Assembly (NCBI RefSeq): GCF_023055435.1
Contig: NW_025964223.1
Span: forward strand, 46,810,001-46,874,000
Source: Haliotis rufescens
Taxonomy: Eukaryota
Direction of reading: 5' to 3'
Length of the DNA: 64,000 nt
Shown: positions 51,295 to 62,097 of the stretch, piece after piece
How the letters are laid out: each line of letters starts with the position of its first letter
Numbering within the stretch: position 1 is the first letter of the stretch
The notes under the pieces: generated by a model
The model's input: the letters and a program-made list of their open reading frames with translations, nothing else
Databases searched by the model: none
Told to the model about the DNA's origin: nothing
Program-made: the position numbers and the translations under genes

Positions 51295-51723
51295 GGTGTA
51301 ATGGGATTAAACGCCGCGTTCAAGAGTGTTGCAGTGACATAGCGATGTGCATGTACGTGTGTTTGTGTGGCTGCTTGTGCTGGTCCGGAATAATGCCGAT
51401 TCTATAGTGCTAGCCCACTGAGATACCATGCTGCAGTTTAACATGAATACCCCACTGTTACACAGTATACCGACCAGTCCCTGTTTTAGCCCCCTAATGC
51501 CGGGCGCCAGGAGTGTGGTGAGTGAGTTTGAATTTACGCCGCTTTTAGGAATATTCCCGTAACATCACGGCGGGGACACCAGAAATGGGCTTCACACCCG
51601 GGCGCCAGGAAGCGTTAACACCAAATACAATGATCTTTTAACGTCTTTTGATATGACGGGGCCGGGGATCGGACCCCTGACCTTCCACCCTCCGTGCCGA
51701 CGCTCTATCCACGGAGGTGGCCG
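51295..51723 (-). mobile_element. Family D SINE interrupted by a nested family C fragment (51513-51597)
   Basis: Nested insert flanked by the 13-bp TSD ccgggcgccagga (51500-51512, 51598-51610). Confidence 0.8.
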
Positions 51724-52087
51724 CTGAAAATCGAACCAGATTGATTTATATCAGTATTTCAACTAGCAAACCTCGCCGTCAAAAGAGATCGATTTTATTT
51801 TCAATCACAATATCGTTATTTCTACACAAAACATGATTATAACGCCAGTGCTATCAACGACTACTCCGTAAGCAATCTCTAATTGTCACATTATTGTCTT
51901 TCATAAAGCACAGTAACACACAAATACATTATTTTAAGTGCGCTAGTAAGCATGTTTCATATTCAATTCTGTAACGGAACATATTGTGCATCGTGAATTA
52001 GATATCTCAAGCTACAGCTCGCGGTACGAAGGAACACTTCAGCGCATGAAAAGTACCTATCACAAAATACTTGAGTTTTACAACTGA

Positions 52088-52960
52088 TCAAGGTGCGTTG
52101 GCCGGTTTTTCAAACTCTATCTCCGATCCACTTTCGTAACTGGGGCTGACACTTTTCGGTTCGCCTGATGAACGTATCAGCCGTTTCATGTTTAGCTCGT
52201 TGCTATAGTGACCAGTACGACGTCGATAGCGACATGCAATGACAGCACCGATGAGAAGCATGATAATGAAATTGAAACCGCCGTGCCAAGTAAAATACAT
52301 AGTAGCGATCATCAGCTGTCCATGATCATTCTCGTTCCACTTGGCCCCACCGAGCGGAGGGTGAAGAATGAACCCCACCTGCCAGAACCATGTTCCTTGC
52401 ATCATCATGAGGTATGAGCGTCCCAGTGGGGCCAGCAGGTTATGCCGGTACCGCATCTCTGCAAACACACAGACTATGCTGGCCAAGACGACATATAGCA
52501 GCAGAACGTGCACGAGAACATCCAAGGGAGTTCTCCCGTACAGATGGAAGTTGAACAGGAGGGCCTCAACACCAAAAGCCATAGCGTTGGAGATGTAGTC
52601 AATATTACGTGGAAGCGGGGCTCTGAAGTGTATGAGAATATCAATGAGTCCAGTAAGGCCAAAGAAGAAGAACATTGTCGCGTGTTGTCCGTTGCCAATG
52701 GCTCTGAATTGTCCGTCGACGAAACCATGTATGATCTCAAGGGTAAATCCGACTGTGATGAAGAATAGTTTGATCATGGCTTCAACTGGCCAGTTCTTGA
52801 ATCTGCCGCAGAGGCAGGAGCAGGGGAAAGTGACGGTGGATGTAAACCTGGCGCCATTTTCCCGACACTGGAAGAATCTCCGGAAGGACTGGATGGTGTA
52901 CCATATCGCAAAGATGATGAAGAAGGAACCTGGTAGAGCGTGTCCTCCGAACGTCCCCAT
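52088..52960 (-). CDS. TMEM45B: Transmembrane protein 45 family (TMEM45A/B-like, DUF716), 290 aa, single coding exon
   Basis: MGTFGGHALPGSFFIIFAIW, GNGQHATMFFFFG, FNFHLYGR, HVLL, QGTWFWQVGFILHPP and FTWH are TMEM45 hallmarks; acceptor-like ttgcag just upstream of the ATG. A/B orthology cannot be resolved. Confidence 0.9.
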   Translation of the reverse strand: MGTFGGHALPGSFFIIFAIWYTIQSFRRFFQCRENGARFTSTVTFPCSCLCGRFKNWPVEAMIKLFFITVGFTLEIIHGFVDGQFRAIGNGQHATMFFFFGLTGLIDILIHFRAPLPRNIDYISNAMAFGVEALLFNFHLYGRTPLDVLVHVLLLYVVLASIVCVFAEMRYRHNLLAPLGRSYLMMMQGTWFWQVGFILHPPLGGAKWNENDHGQLMIATMYFTWHGGFNFIIMLLIGAVIACRYRRRTGHYSNELNMKRLIRSSGEPKSVSPSYESGSEIEFEKPANAP

Positions 52961-53489
52961 GGTCTTGTAGTCCCTCTGCAACACACAAACCCTGCAAAAT
53001 GATTACCAGGGAAGATTAAACTTGTTACAGATAACAAGGTGTTACTTATTGTTTGTTACGTTTGGACCTGGCACGATGCTGGTAAGGAGGATGGGTGAAC
53101 AATCTTAAAGCCTCTTCCTCGCATATATACTTGTAAATACAAATATCTTCATTAATAAAGATATTTCTTTCTGAAAATATAAAATCGAAATTTCATTCAA
53201 GTGAATAATACTATATGCCGATCAATTATTAATGTCCCAACTTCACGAATATCAACAAAAAATTACATATCAATAAATAGAACAAGAAGTGCCAAATCTA
53301 TTTTATGTTTATATTTGTTGATCTGTCATAACATGATATGAAAACAGCCCGGAATTCATCCCAAGGTTAGGGACGATAAAACTAAGGAAGTTAATAGGAA
53401 TTTCAAAGATGGAGACGTATATCGCCAGGGCAGTTTCGTGTTTGATTTGAAACAAAAAAATAGTAGTTTTGTGAGATATTAACTGTTAC

Positions 53490-53560
53490 CTACTTTCACA
53501 GCGTGCAGACGGTTCCTGTTTGCCCGTCCCAGCTATCAGCCAGCACTGATGAAGGTGAGT
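53490..53560 (-). other. Probable non-coding 5' exon of the TMEM45-like gene
   Basis: Minus-strand donor AG|gtaaca at 53489-53488, about 500 nt upstream of the acceptor before the ATG; the 5' end is undefined. Confidence 0.35.
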
Positions 53561-53810
53561 CAGTCCGAACTTTGATCGCGACTCATTGATAAAGATAACG
53601 TTCATATAATGAATAAATGTTTGTCAACTAATAGTCAGGCGACGTCTGCAAAGCTATTTAAAGCCCCATCTGCGGTAGTAACTACCGCACTCTAGTGGGC
53701 GGAGCTTATACAAGTGATTTGACAGGTCAATATGACGTCATGATAACACATACATTTCATTGGTTAATGCGTAAACGGGTGACGTCATGTAAACACCCAC
53801 CCACGTGGGT
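53550..53810. promoter_or_regulatory. Motif cluster upstream of TMEM45-like: AP-1 TGAGTCA, GC-box GGGCGGAG, two CRE TGACGTCA, CCAAT (minus), E-box CCACGTGG
   Basis: TGAGTCA ~53556, GTGGGCGGAGC 53695, TGACGTCA 53733 and 53780, ATTGG 53759, CCACGTGG 53801. Confidence 0.45.
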
Positions 53811-54703
53811 CATTTGACAACAAGGACGTAAGTTTTAATTGTAATATAAATATCTACCAAACGATTCCAAGACTTTTCAACAAACGCGTACGTCTTTGGT
53901 TTCAAAACCTACCTGCCATGTCGTCTTCACATCTTCATAAAATGATACCGTGGAATGTCCACGATTTATCCAAGACACAAATTATAGTTCTAGATCTCTG
54001 GACTAGAACGAAATACGTTTGTCGTGATGCATATGAGCAGTGTAAATGAAGAAACATAATATTTGTTCACATTAATTCTGTCATGTGCGTGAAAATGGGT
54101 TTCAACATTACTTTCATCAAGCTTACATTCAGGTCGCTGGCTACTTCGGCATTAACACATGTTTTGTCTCGAAGCTCAAAGCAACAATGTTTCTCTCAGA
54201 TACATTTTTCTCTCCATCCATGACGAACATCTGTCATAATGTCAGTGCCTCAACATTCCTGGGCAGCTGATTTCAACAATGTAATACACACGGCCTCATT
54301 CACGGCGTCATCGCAAAGATTCCTTCCTAATACCCACCACGTGATCAGGGTTACGACCTTGGGATAAATTAATAAATTATTTTGCATTTTTAGAAAAGAT
54401 TTGTTTTCGTGAATATTATTTTTTTTAAATATCCTGTACATGGTACTTTTGGATTGCTCTGGGCATTTCTTTTATTACTTTCTAAAACTTTTTATTTTCG
54501 CCTTTCTGACCACGCGATCTCCTAGCAACTAAGCCCCATGAGCGCATCGAGTTGCTGCTTACAACTGTCAAGAACTTTGCAATTTCGCTTGTTTTCAATA
54601 TGAGCAACAAAACATTTTCATGAGAAGCCTAATTTGACGAAGAATTGTTCGAGATAATCAGGGAGCCTTAGGTAATTTCGATTATGACATTGGTGACTTT
54701 ATC

Positions 54704-55196
54704 GTGGAGAAAGTTCCAATTCAAGATGACATCATTCCGATTCACAACTCGAATCGACAAGATGGCGCCTCTCTTCCCGCCCTTGCAAGTGCAACAGAAA
54801 CTTTGATAAATTCAGTGCCGATTCTTGGGATTAGTGAATCAGTGTCACAGCTAGATTTCATTGTGGAACCAGATGAAGCCGAATATGTATGTTCACATTT
54901 CTTTTGTCAACCATGCGTGACACGGCACAGGCAATTGCAGTTAGGGAATGGTGCGGCCACCATGTTGCAGAAATTCGTCGATTCGAACACATTGCTTCTG
55001 GACTGAGCTAAATAAACGGAGTGTTTGGAGAGATCGTAGATACTTGGACTTGAAGAAACGGAAATAAACGTTGCAGCAGATGAAGGATTGGTGTGGACAA
55101 AACGGGAAAGGGATCCCAGATTATATTTTAAAACTTGTGCGCGAAGTGTATCCAAATACCCCGAACAAAAAATACATGGGACAAGTGTGGATCTAA
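54704..55196 (+). pseudogene. Frameshifted P2X7-C-terminal (Zn/Cys 'ballast')/nanor-like small gene
   Basis: Joining frames gives CSHFFCQPCVT..LGNG / PPCCRNSSIRTHCFWTELNKRSVWRDRRYLDLKK / LVWTKRE / IPDYILKLVREVYPNTPNKKYMGQVWI*; about 3 frameshifts. Confidence 0.5.
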
Positions 55197-57752
55197 TGAT
55201 CAAACTCAGTTTTGTGTGTGAAAATTCTGTGAAAGAAAAGGAAATTCATAATTAAAGTTGTCTTGGAATATGTGTATTGGAGTTTTCGTTTATCGTAAGT
55301 ACAATATTATCTGGATACGCCTTCAGTAGGCCTAGGTCAAAACATCAAGTATATTTCGTTACTTATTTACCAGTTGCTTATGTGCATTGTTATGTTGATA
55401 CACGTGACATATTCATCTATTGTAGTCAAGCTGAGAAATATTGGCGCAACTTCTGGTGCTTCAAATTAGGACCCTTCCTAAACATTAGTTGAACAATCTC
55501 TGTAATAATTTACGTTTTATAAATATAAACTGATTATTGTGTGGCACAAATCTAACTGTTGAATGCAAATGACCAAAACTAAACAAATATCTGTAATTTT
55601 CGGATTGAACTCAAAGAATCGCGTAGTCAATTTCGTATTTAAATATCGTTACTGTTACATTAACCGAAACTGATGTTCTGCTGCTGTTCTGCCGAAAAAA
55701 TATGCAACACGATTCACTTTGACCACAAATGCATTGAATGTGTCACATGTACACATGACCATGTGCTTTGCTATTTATAGCGCAACCGTAAACAAGCTCC
55801 GCCCACTGTGATTGATGCAGACGCCAAACACGATCGATAAGATTTTTTATGATAAAACTACAGAAAATCTATTGACTTATATCTTGATATGGAGCCATTT
55901 GTTGTATCCATGGTTTGTCATTCAAGTTGATACGAAGTTTGACGGTCAATGGTGATCTGGTTCCCTTATGGTTTTCAAAAAACGTCTCCCGACACTCGGT
56001 TGTGTTTACATTGTCAGTCATTGTTCGAAACTGAAACACCGCCACCTTGCGGGCTATTTATAGTCAGGGTGGGGCTTTAAGCAATGGAGCTGGTAACTAT
56101 TAACCAGGCTATGTCGCCTGACCAATACATCGGGTGCAGTGTTTTGAAGTTGATATATCCTAGCAAGATATGTTGCAGGACCCCAGGAATTGTACATGGA
56201 TACAGAAAACTGTAATGATGTCGATGTGATATGGTTGCATGTCGCACTACATTACAATCTGTATTCGCCCAATTTTTATTTCATTATATGTACTTGAGAA
56301 TGGGTTATTTAGCATTACACTTCACATAGAATTGAAACCGCTAATAGCCTTCAAGCAGATTGTCCTGGTACATGTAGGTAGGTATGACTGGTATACGTTT
56401 GTACTTGCAGTGAACAGATGACGTGAGTTATATGTACACGTTCTATAAATATATAAACCCTGCATGATGAAAGATTAAACCAATATTACACAAACTAAAC
56501 ACGCCTCTTAAACATACATTTCAAATTTCAACGAACATATTCTTTTGAAAAAATGGTGCCGTCCTTCGATATATGTCGGATACAACTTCAAATTTCACAG
56601 TAACTTCAAAATGTGCATACATACAGGCGAATAAACATAAAAGTAATATTGACCTCTATGTATCTGCGCCCTCCGTTATTATATTGTCAGTCGCGAACGG
56701 TTGTCCTCCTTGAGGACAGATAATGTCAGGAGAGCGGGACATCCAAGGTGTATTTCTCTGCTGATACGGGAGTTGACCTTGACCAGTACATGAACCCTCG
56801 TCACACGTCCTAATCATGCTGTTCAGAGGTCTACATTTCTTACACACCTGTGGGAGAGAAACTACTTTCCTGATTGTAATCATAGATATATGATATGCAT
56901 CGATTCGATGCTTCAATTGAGCTTTTTGAGAGTTTTTTAGAAACAGATTACTTCACTCATGCCTATCATACACCTTATATCTTACAACGAATGGTTTCAA
57001 GACGAATCTGACGTTTAAATAAGCAATAAGTTGTAAGATATATTGTATCTGACAGAGACCCCTATAGTAATCACCATATCTACACATATACGCATTATCA
57101 CATGGCAGGGCATTATCCGTACCATCCGATATAAAGATGTAACGTGTCTAGCGAGTTAACCAGTATCTTGTTACAGTTTGACGTCACAGCGTTTCGCTCT
57201 AATTCAAAATGGCGTAAATATTGAATGACGTTATATATACTTAGTTACTTGATAGCATTTTCAATATTGAGTGTGGCTAATTATGCCGACCCACTCTATG
57301 GCCATTCGTGAATTCTAACCATCGTTGATCACTTGCTATACATATGGTATCCACTGACGGATTCATGTTCACGGATTTCTAGTTCTTTCTGAACATTAGG
57401 TATATTCATTCCACGCGTTTTGAATACAGTATCATAACTCCAGGAAAGCGGTCGTTTTGTTAAAATATATAATTATGTTTTGATACCAGATTTGCACTAA
57501 AGGGAAAACAATTACTGTTTCGACCACAGTTTCACCTAGATCAAACCCCCTCGGTGAAATAAAGGGGTCTCATTAAGAGACCCGCTAGATATTGACTTTT
57601 GCGAGAAATTATCTCTATAGAAAAGAGAATGCATGAAACATGTATATCATCCTAACAAGATGTTGTCATTGGCAAGAGGTACATCCTGCTGAATCTGTGC
57701 CCATGGTGGAATTAATATTATGGCCGCATTCAGTACTACTCCAGTGACATTA

Positions 57753-57930
57753 AGAGGCGGTGGGGTAGCCTAGTGGTTCAAAACATTCGCCCATTACACC
57801 GTAAGCCCTGGGTCGATTTCCGACCTGAGTACAGTGTGCGAAGCCCATTTATTTGCTTCCCTAGCTGTGATATTGCTTGCCTGTTGCTGAAAACAGCGTA
57901 AAACCATACTCAATAATTTATTACTCCCTC
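57753..57930 (+). mobile_element. tRNA(Asp)-derived short SINE (family C) with 15-bp TSD
   Basis: GGGGTAGCCTAGTGGTT head; TSD actc(c/t)agtgacatta at 57738-57752 and 57931-57945. Confidence 0.82.
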
Positions 57931-58043
57931 ACTCTAGTGACATTAGGGCAGAGCTTTCTGTGTTTGGCATCATGTTATAAACTATCAAGTCAACAGTGAG
58001 CTGAGTTAACACCCCTGTAAATGACGAAGCAATTTGTTGATGC

Positions 58044-58318
58044 TGTTTGGTTCGTTCTTTCTTTGTTGTTTAACGCCGCACTCAGCAATAGTCATGCTAT
58101 GTGACAGCGGTCTGTAAATAATCGTGTCTGGACCAGACAATCAAGTGAATGACATCATGAGCATCGATCTACGCAATTGTAATACGGTGGCATGCATCAA
58201 CCAAGGCAGCGAGCCTGACCACCCGATCCCGTTAGTCGCCTCTCACGACAAGCAAAGTCGCCTTTTATGGCAAACATGGGTTCCTGAGGACCTGTTCTAC
58301 CCCAATTCTGCATCGGTC
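58044..58318 (-). mobile_element. Family B retroposon (diverged)
   Basis: aacgccgcactcagcaata...gagcctgaccacccgatcccgttagtcgcc. Confidence 0.85.
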
Positions 58319-59150
58319 TTGTGGATGTAAAATCACTGTATTAGTGAAGTGTTTCCTCGTTCCGACTTCAGCTTATCAGCCTGATCATGATGTTAAGAGG
58401 TGGCACGAAATAGATACACACGTAACCAACAGCGACGAAGAAAGACGAAACACAGAACCCTGGTTACAAGTTGATTCGGACAACACACCGAGTGATGATG
58501 GTACCAGGCTGACTCCTGTATATATACCTGAACAAAGAAGTTAAGATGTTCTGATTGATACATTGATGTATAAAACTACGCGATAATTCACAAAGAACAA
58601 TGAAGAACGAAGCGTGGTTTATTTCACGATTAAACATTGTTATATCATGACATCATTTCTGGAGATTCGAACTTGAAGACGTCGTAAATTGGACGATGTT
58701 ACTTTTGAGAGGGTAATGTTCAGTGAGCTGTTCCCCACAGATGTCGCTGGGCTACGCAGATAAACGCAGTGGCCGAGCCAAACGTGGGAGACATATGACA
58801 ATCGGTGTTAGAAGAAAAGATACACATAATCGTCGTGAGGATAGTGAGAATATGCGGGAAGTACCAAACATTAACCAACCTGTTCGTAAAATGGACATGT
58901 CCAACATTTCCAAGGTCGGATTCTATTCAGGGAGTCATCATATCTGGGTAAATATTTTTTTAAGCTTGTACATTGTATCAACATCCTTAAAGAAGTTATA
59001 CATATTGTTGACATGTCATATACAAAATAAACGACAAGTGGGAGTAGTTTAATGTGCAATAAAACACTGGACGGAAAATAAACCATGAGGGGCGCAAGAG
59101 ATTATTACCAGCCTATGACCTCCCAACATATAGTTCTTCATTATCTATTT

Positions 59151-59274
59151 GTCACGCCGAAGACCCGGGTTCGATTCCCGTCATGGGTACAATGTGCGAA
59201 GCCCATTTCTGGTGTTCCTCGCCGTGATATTACTGGAATATTGCTAAAAGCGGCGTAAAACCATACTCATTCAC
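59151..59274 (+). mobile_element. 5'-truncated family C SINE with 13-bp TSD
   Basis: Starts GTCACGCCGAAGACCCGGGTTCGATTCCC; TSD tcattatctattt at 59138-59150 and 59275-59287. Confidence 0.85.
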
Positions 59275-59494
59275 TCATTATCTATTTTTTGCAAATGCTG
59301 ATCAAATATACATTAATTAAATTCGTTTAGTTGTCCGGGTCACTGTTGGTTAGGCATCACATGGAAAGTGTTGTCTCCTAACTGGTTACAGAAACACAAA
59401 ATTGGTTCTCTAATCCGAACAAGCAATGTACGCCTCTATGTTTGTTGACGACAGATGGAAATGGCAAAACGCTTCAGCTGATGAAAGAAACACA

Positions 59495-59657
59495 GCCCAT
59501 GCTAGTCGTCAGAGGGTACTAAAGCTCGTTGAATTGGTTGATGCATGTCATCGTATGCTCATGATGTCATTCACTGGATTTTCTTGTCCAGACTCGATTA
59601 CAGATCGACGTCGTAAAGTTGGAATTTTGCTGAGTGTGGCTTTAAACAACAAACAGA
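59495..59657 (+). mobile_element. Degenerate family B fragment (another at ~10670-10810)
   Basis: ttggttgatgcatgtcatc...gtccagactcgatta...gctgagtgtggctttaaacaac. Confidence 0.65.
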
Positions 59658-60189
59658 CTACGTTTAACATAAGTATGATCATAGCTGAAATATTTTATAT
59701 TTTATTAGTAATCCTCGTGTTCAGTTAAAACAGATCTACAAAATATGTGATCGATTTAAATAGCACTAATCTTTAGATGCTGTATGACTGTGTTATTTAC
59801 AAGACATGACAGCATTCACAGCTAAAGGGAGACAACTCCTCCAGGCACACATATCCCGCGGAAAGCCAAGGAGTATTATACACAGGTGTGGGTGCGCAGT
59901 TACGCATCACAATTGAAGGGAGGTAACCCGTGAGGCCATAATTGGCAGGTGCAGCTACCCAGCTGTTTCTGTCTTAGTTCAATTCATCGACTGACAATCT
60001 CAGATAAACATGACAAAAATGCAAATGGAAATATATACAAGGATATTGGTTTTTTTTATTTCTCACGATTGCTTTAAAGGGATAACATAGCTAACAGACA
60101 CGATCTGCAATTGGGCTTCAACTGTCAAGTACAGATAATGGCGAACTGTTGGCTCTTCTTTGTTCAAAGGTATCACAGTTGTGTTACAG

Positions 60190-62097
60190 TGTTGTACATA
60201 TACGTATATTGTTTTGTATATTATGTGGTGTTGAATATATACGTATATGTGGTGTTGTATATATATGCTAATGGTGTTGTGTTGTATAGATGCGTTTGAG
60301 GTGTTGTATATATGCATAGGTTGTAGTGTATGTATGCGTATGTGGTGTTGGTTATATGATAAGTTGTGGTGTTGTATCATGCGTATATTGAGTTGTATAT
60401 ACGCGTCTCTTGTGGTGATGTATAGATGTGTATGCGGCGGTGTTGTATATATACTGTAGGTTCGTGGTGTTGTATATATATATATACGTATGTTGTGAAA
60501 AAATACGTATGCGGTATTGTGTATATGCGTATGAGGTTATGTATATATACGTACGTGGTGTTGAATATATGTGTATGTGGTGTTGTATATATACGTATGT
60601 GGCGTTGTATATATACGGATGTGGTTGGGTATATATACGTATGTGTAGTTGTATATACGCGTATGTGGTTGTGTATATATACGTATGTGGTGTTGTATAT
60701 ATGCGTATGTGGTTGTGTATATATACGTGTGTGGTTGTGTATATATACGAATGTGGTGTTGTATATATGCGCATGTTGTAGTACTGTATATATGCGTATG
60801 TGCTGCTGTATATATATATTATTATGTTTTGGTGTTGTATATATACGTATTTGGTGTTGTATATATATATACGTAAAGGTGTTGAACATATGCGTATGTT
60901 GTGTATATATACGTATGTGGTGTTGTATATATACGTACGGGTTGTGTACATGTACGTATGTGGTGTTGTATATATACTATGTGGTGTTGTATATATACGT
61001 ATGTGGTTGTGTATATATACGTTTGTGGTTGTGTATATATACGTATGTGATGTTGTATATATGCGTATGTGGCTGTGTATATATACGTATGTGGTATGTA
61101 TATATGCGCATGTTGTAGTGTTGTATATAAGCGTAAGTGGTGCTGTATATATGCATATGTGGTATGTATATATGCGCATGTTGTAGTGTTGTATATAAGC
61201 GTAAGTGGTGCTGTATATATGCATGTGTGGTGTTGTATACATAGTATTACGTATTGGTGTTGTATATATCCGTGTGTGGTGTTGTATATATCCGTATGTG
61301 GTGTTGTATATATGCGCATGTTGTAGTGCTGTATATATGCGTATGTGGTGTTGTATATATAGTTTGACGTATTTGGTGTTGTACATATGCATACGTTGTA
61401 GGGTTGTGTATATACGTACGTGGTGTTGTTTATATATACGTATGTGGCTGTGTACAATACGTATGTGGTGTTGTATATATGCGTATGTGGTTGTGTATAT
61501 ATACGTATGTGGTGTTGCATATATGCGTATGTGGTTGTGTACAAATACGTACGTGGTTGTGTATATATAAGTATGTGGTTGTGTATATATACGTATGTGG
61601 TTGTGTATATATACGTATGTGGTGTTGTATATATGCGTATGTTGTGCTGTATATATATATGTATGTGGTTGTGTATATATACGTATTTGGTGTTGTATAT
61701 ATGCGTATGTGGTTGTGTGTATATACGTATGTGGTGTTGTATATATGCGCATGTGGATGTGTATATATACGTATGTGGTGTTGTATATATGCGTATGTAG
61801 TTGAGTATATATACGTATGTGATGTTGTATATATGCGATGTGGTGTTGTATTTATACGTATGTGGCTGTGTATATATACGTATGTGGTATGTTTATATGT
61901 GCATGTCGTAGTGTTGTATATAAGCGTAAGTGGTGCTGTATATATGCATGTGTGGTGTTGTATACATAGTATTACGTATTGGTGTTGTATATATCCGTGT
62001 GTGGTGTTGTATATATCCGTATGTGGTGTTGTATATATAGTATTACGTATTTGGTTTTGTACATATGCGTAAGTTGTAGTGTTGTATATATACGTAT
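60190..62097. repeat. Degenerate ~22-bp AT/GT microsatellite-like array (TATATATACGTATGTGGTGTTG)n
   Basis: Directly visible; it generates the spurious Y/I/H/T and C/V/Y ORFs. Confidence 0.95.

Noticed and set aside
52208-53037. Overlapping alternative-frame and antisense ORFs over TMEM45 (and over BHMT exons)
   Set aside because: They are shadow ORFs of GC-richer coding sequence with no recognisable motifs.
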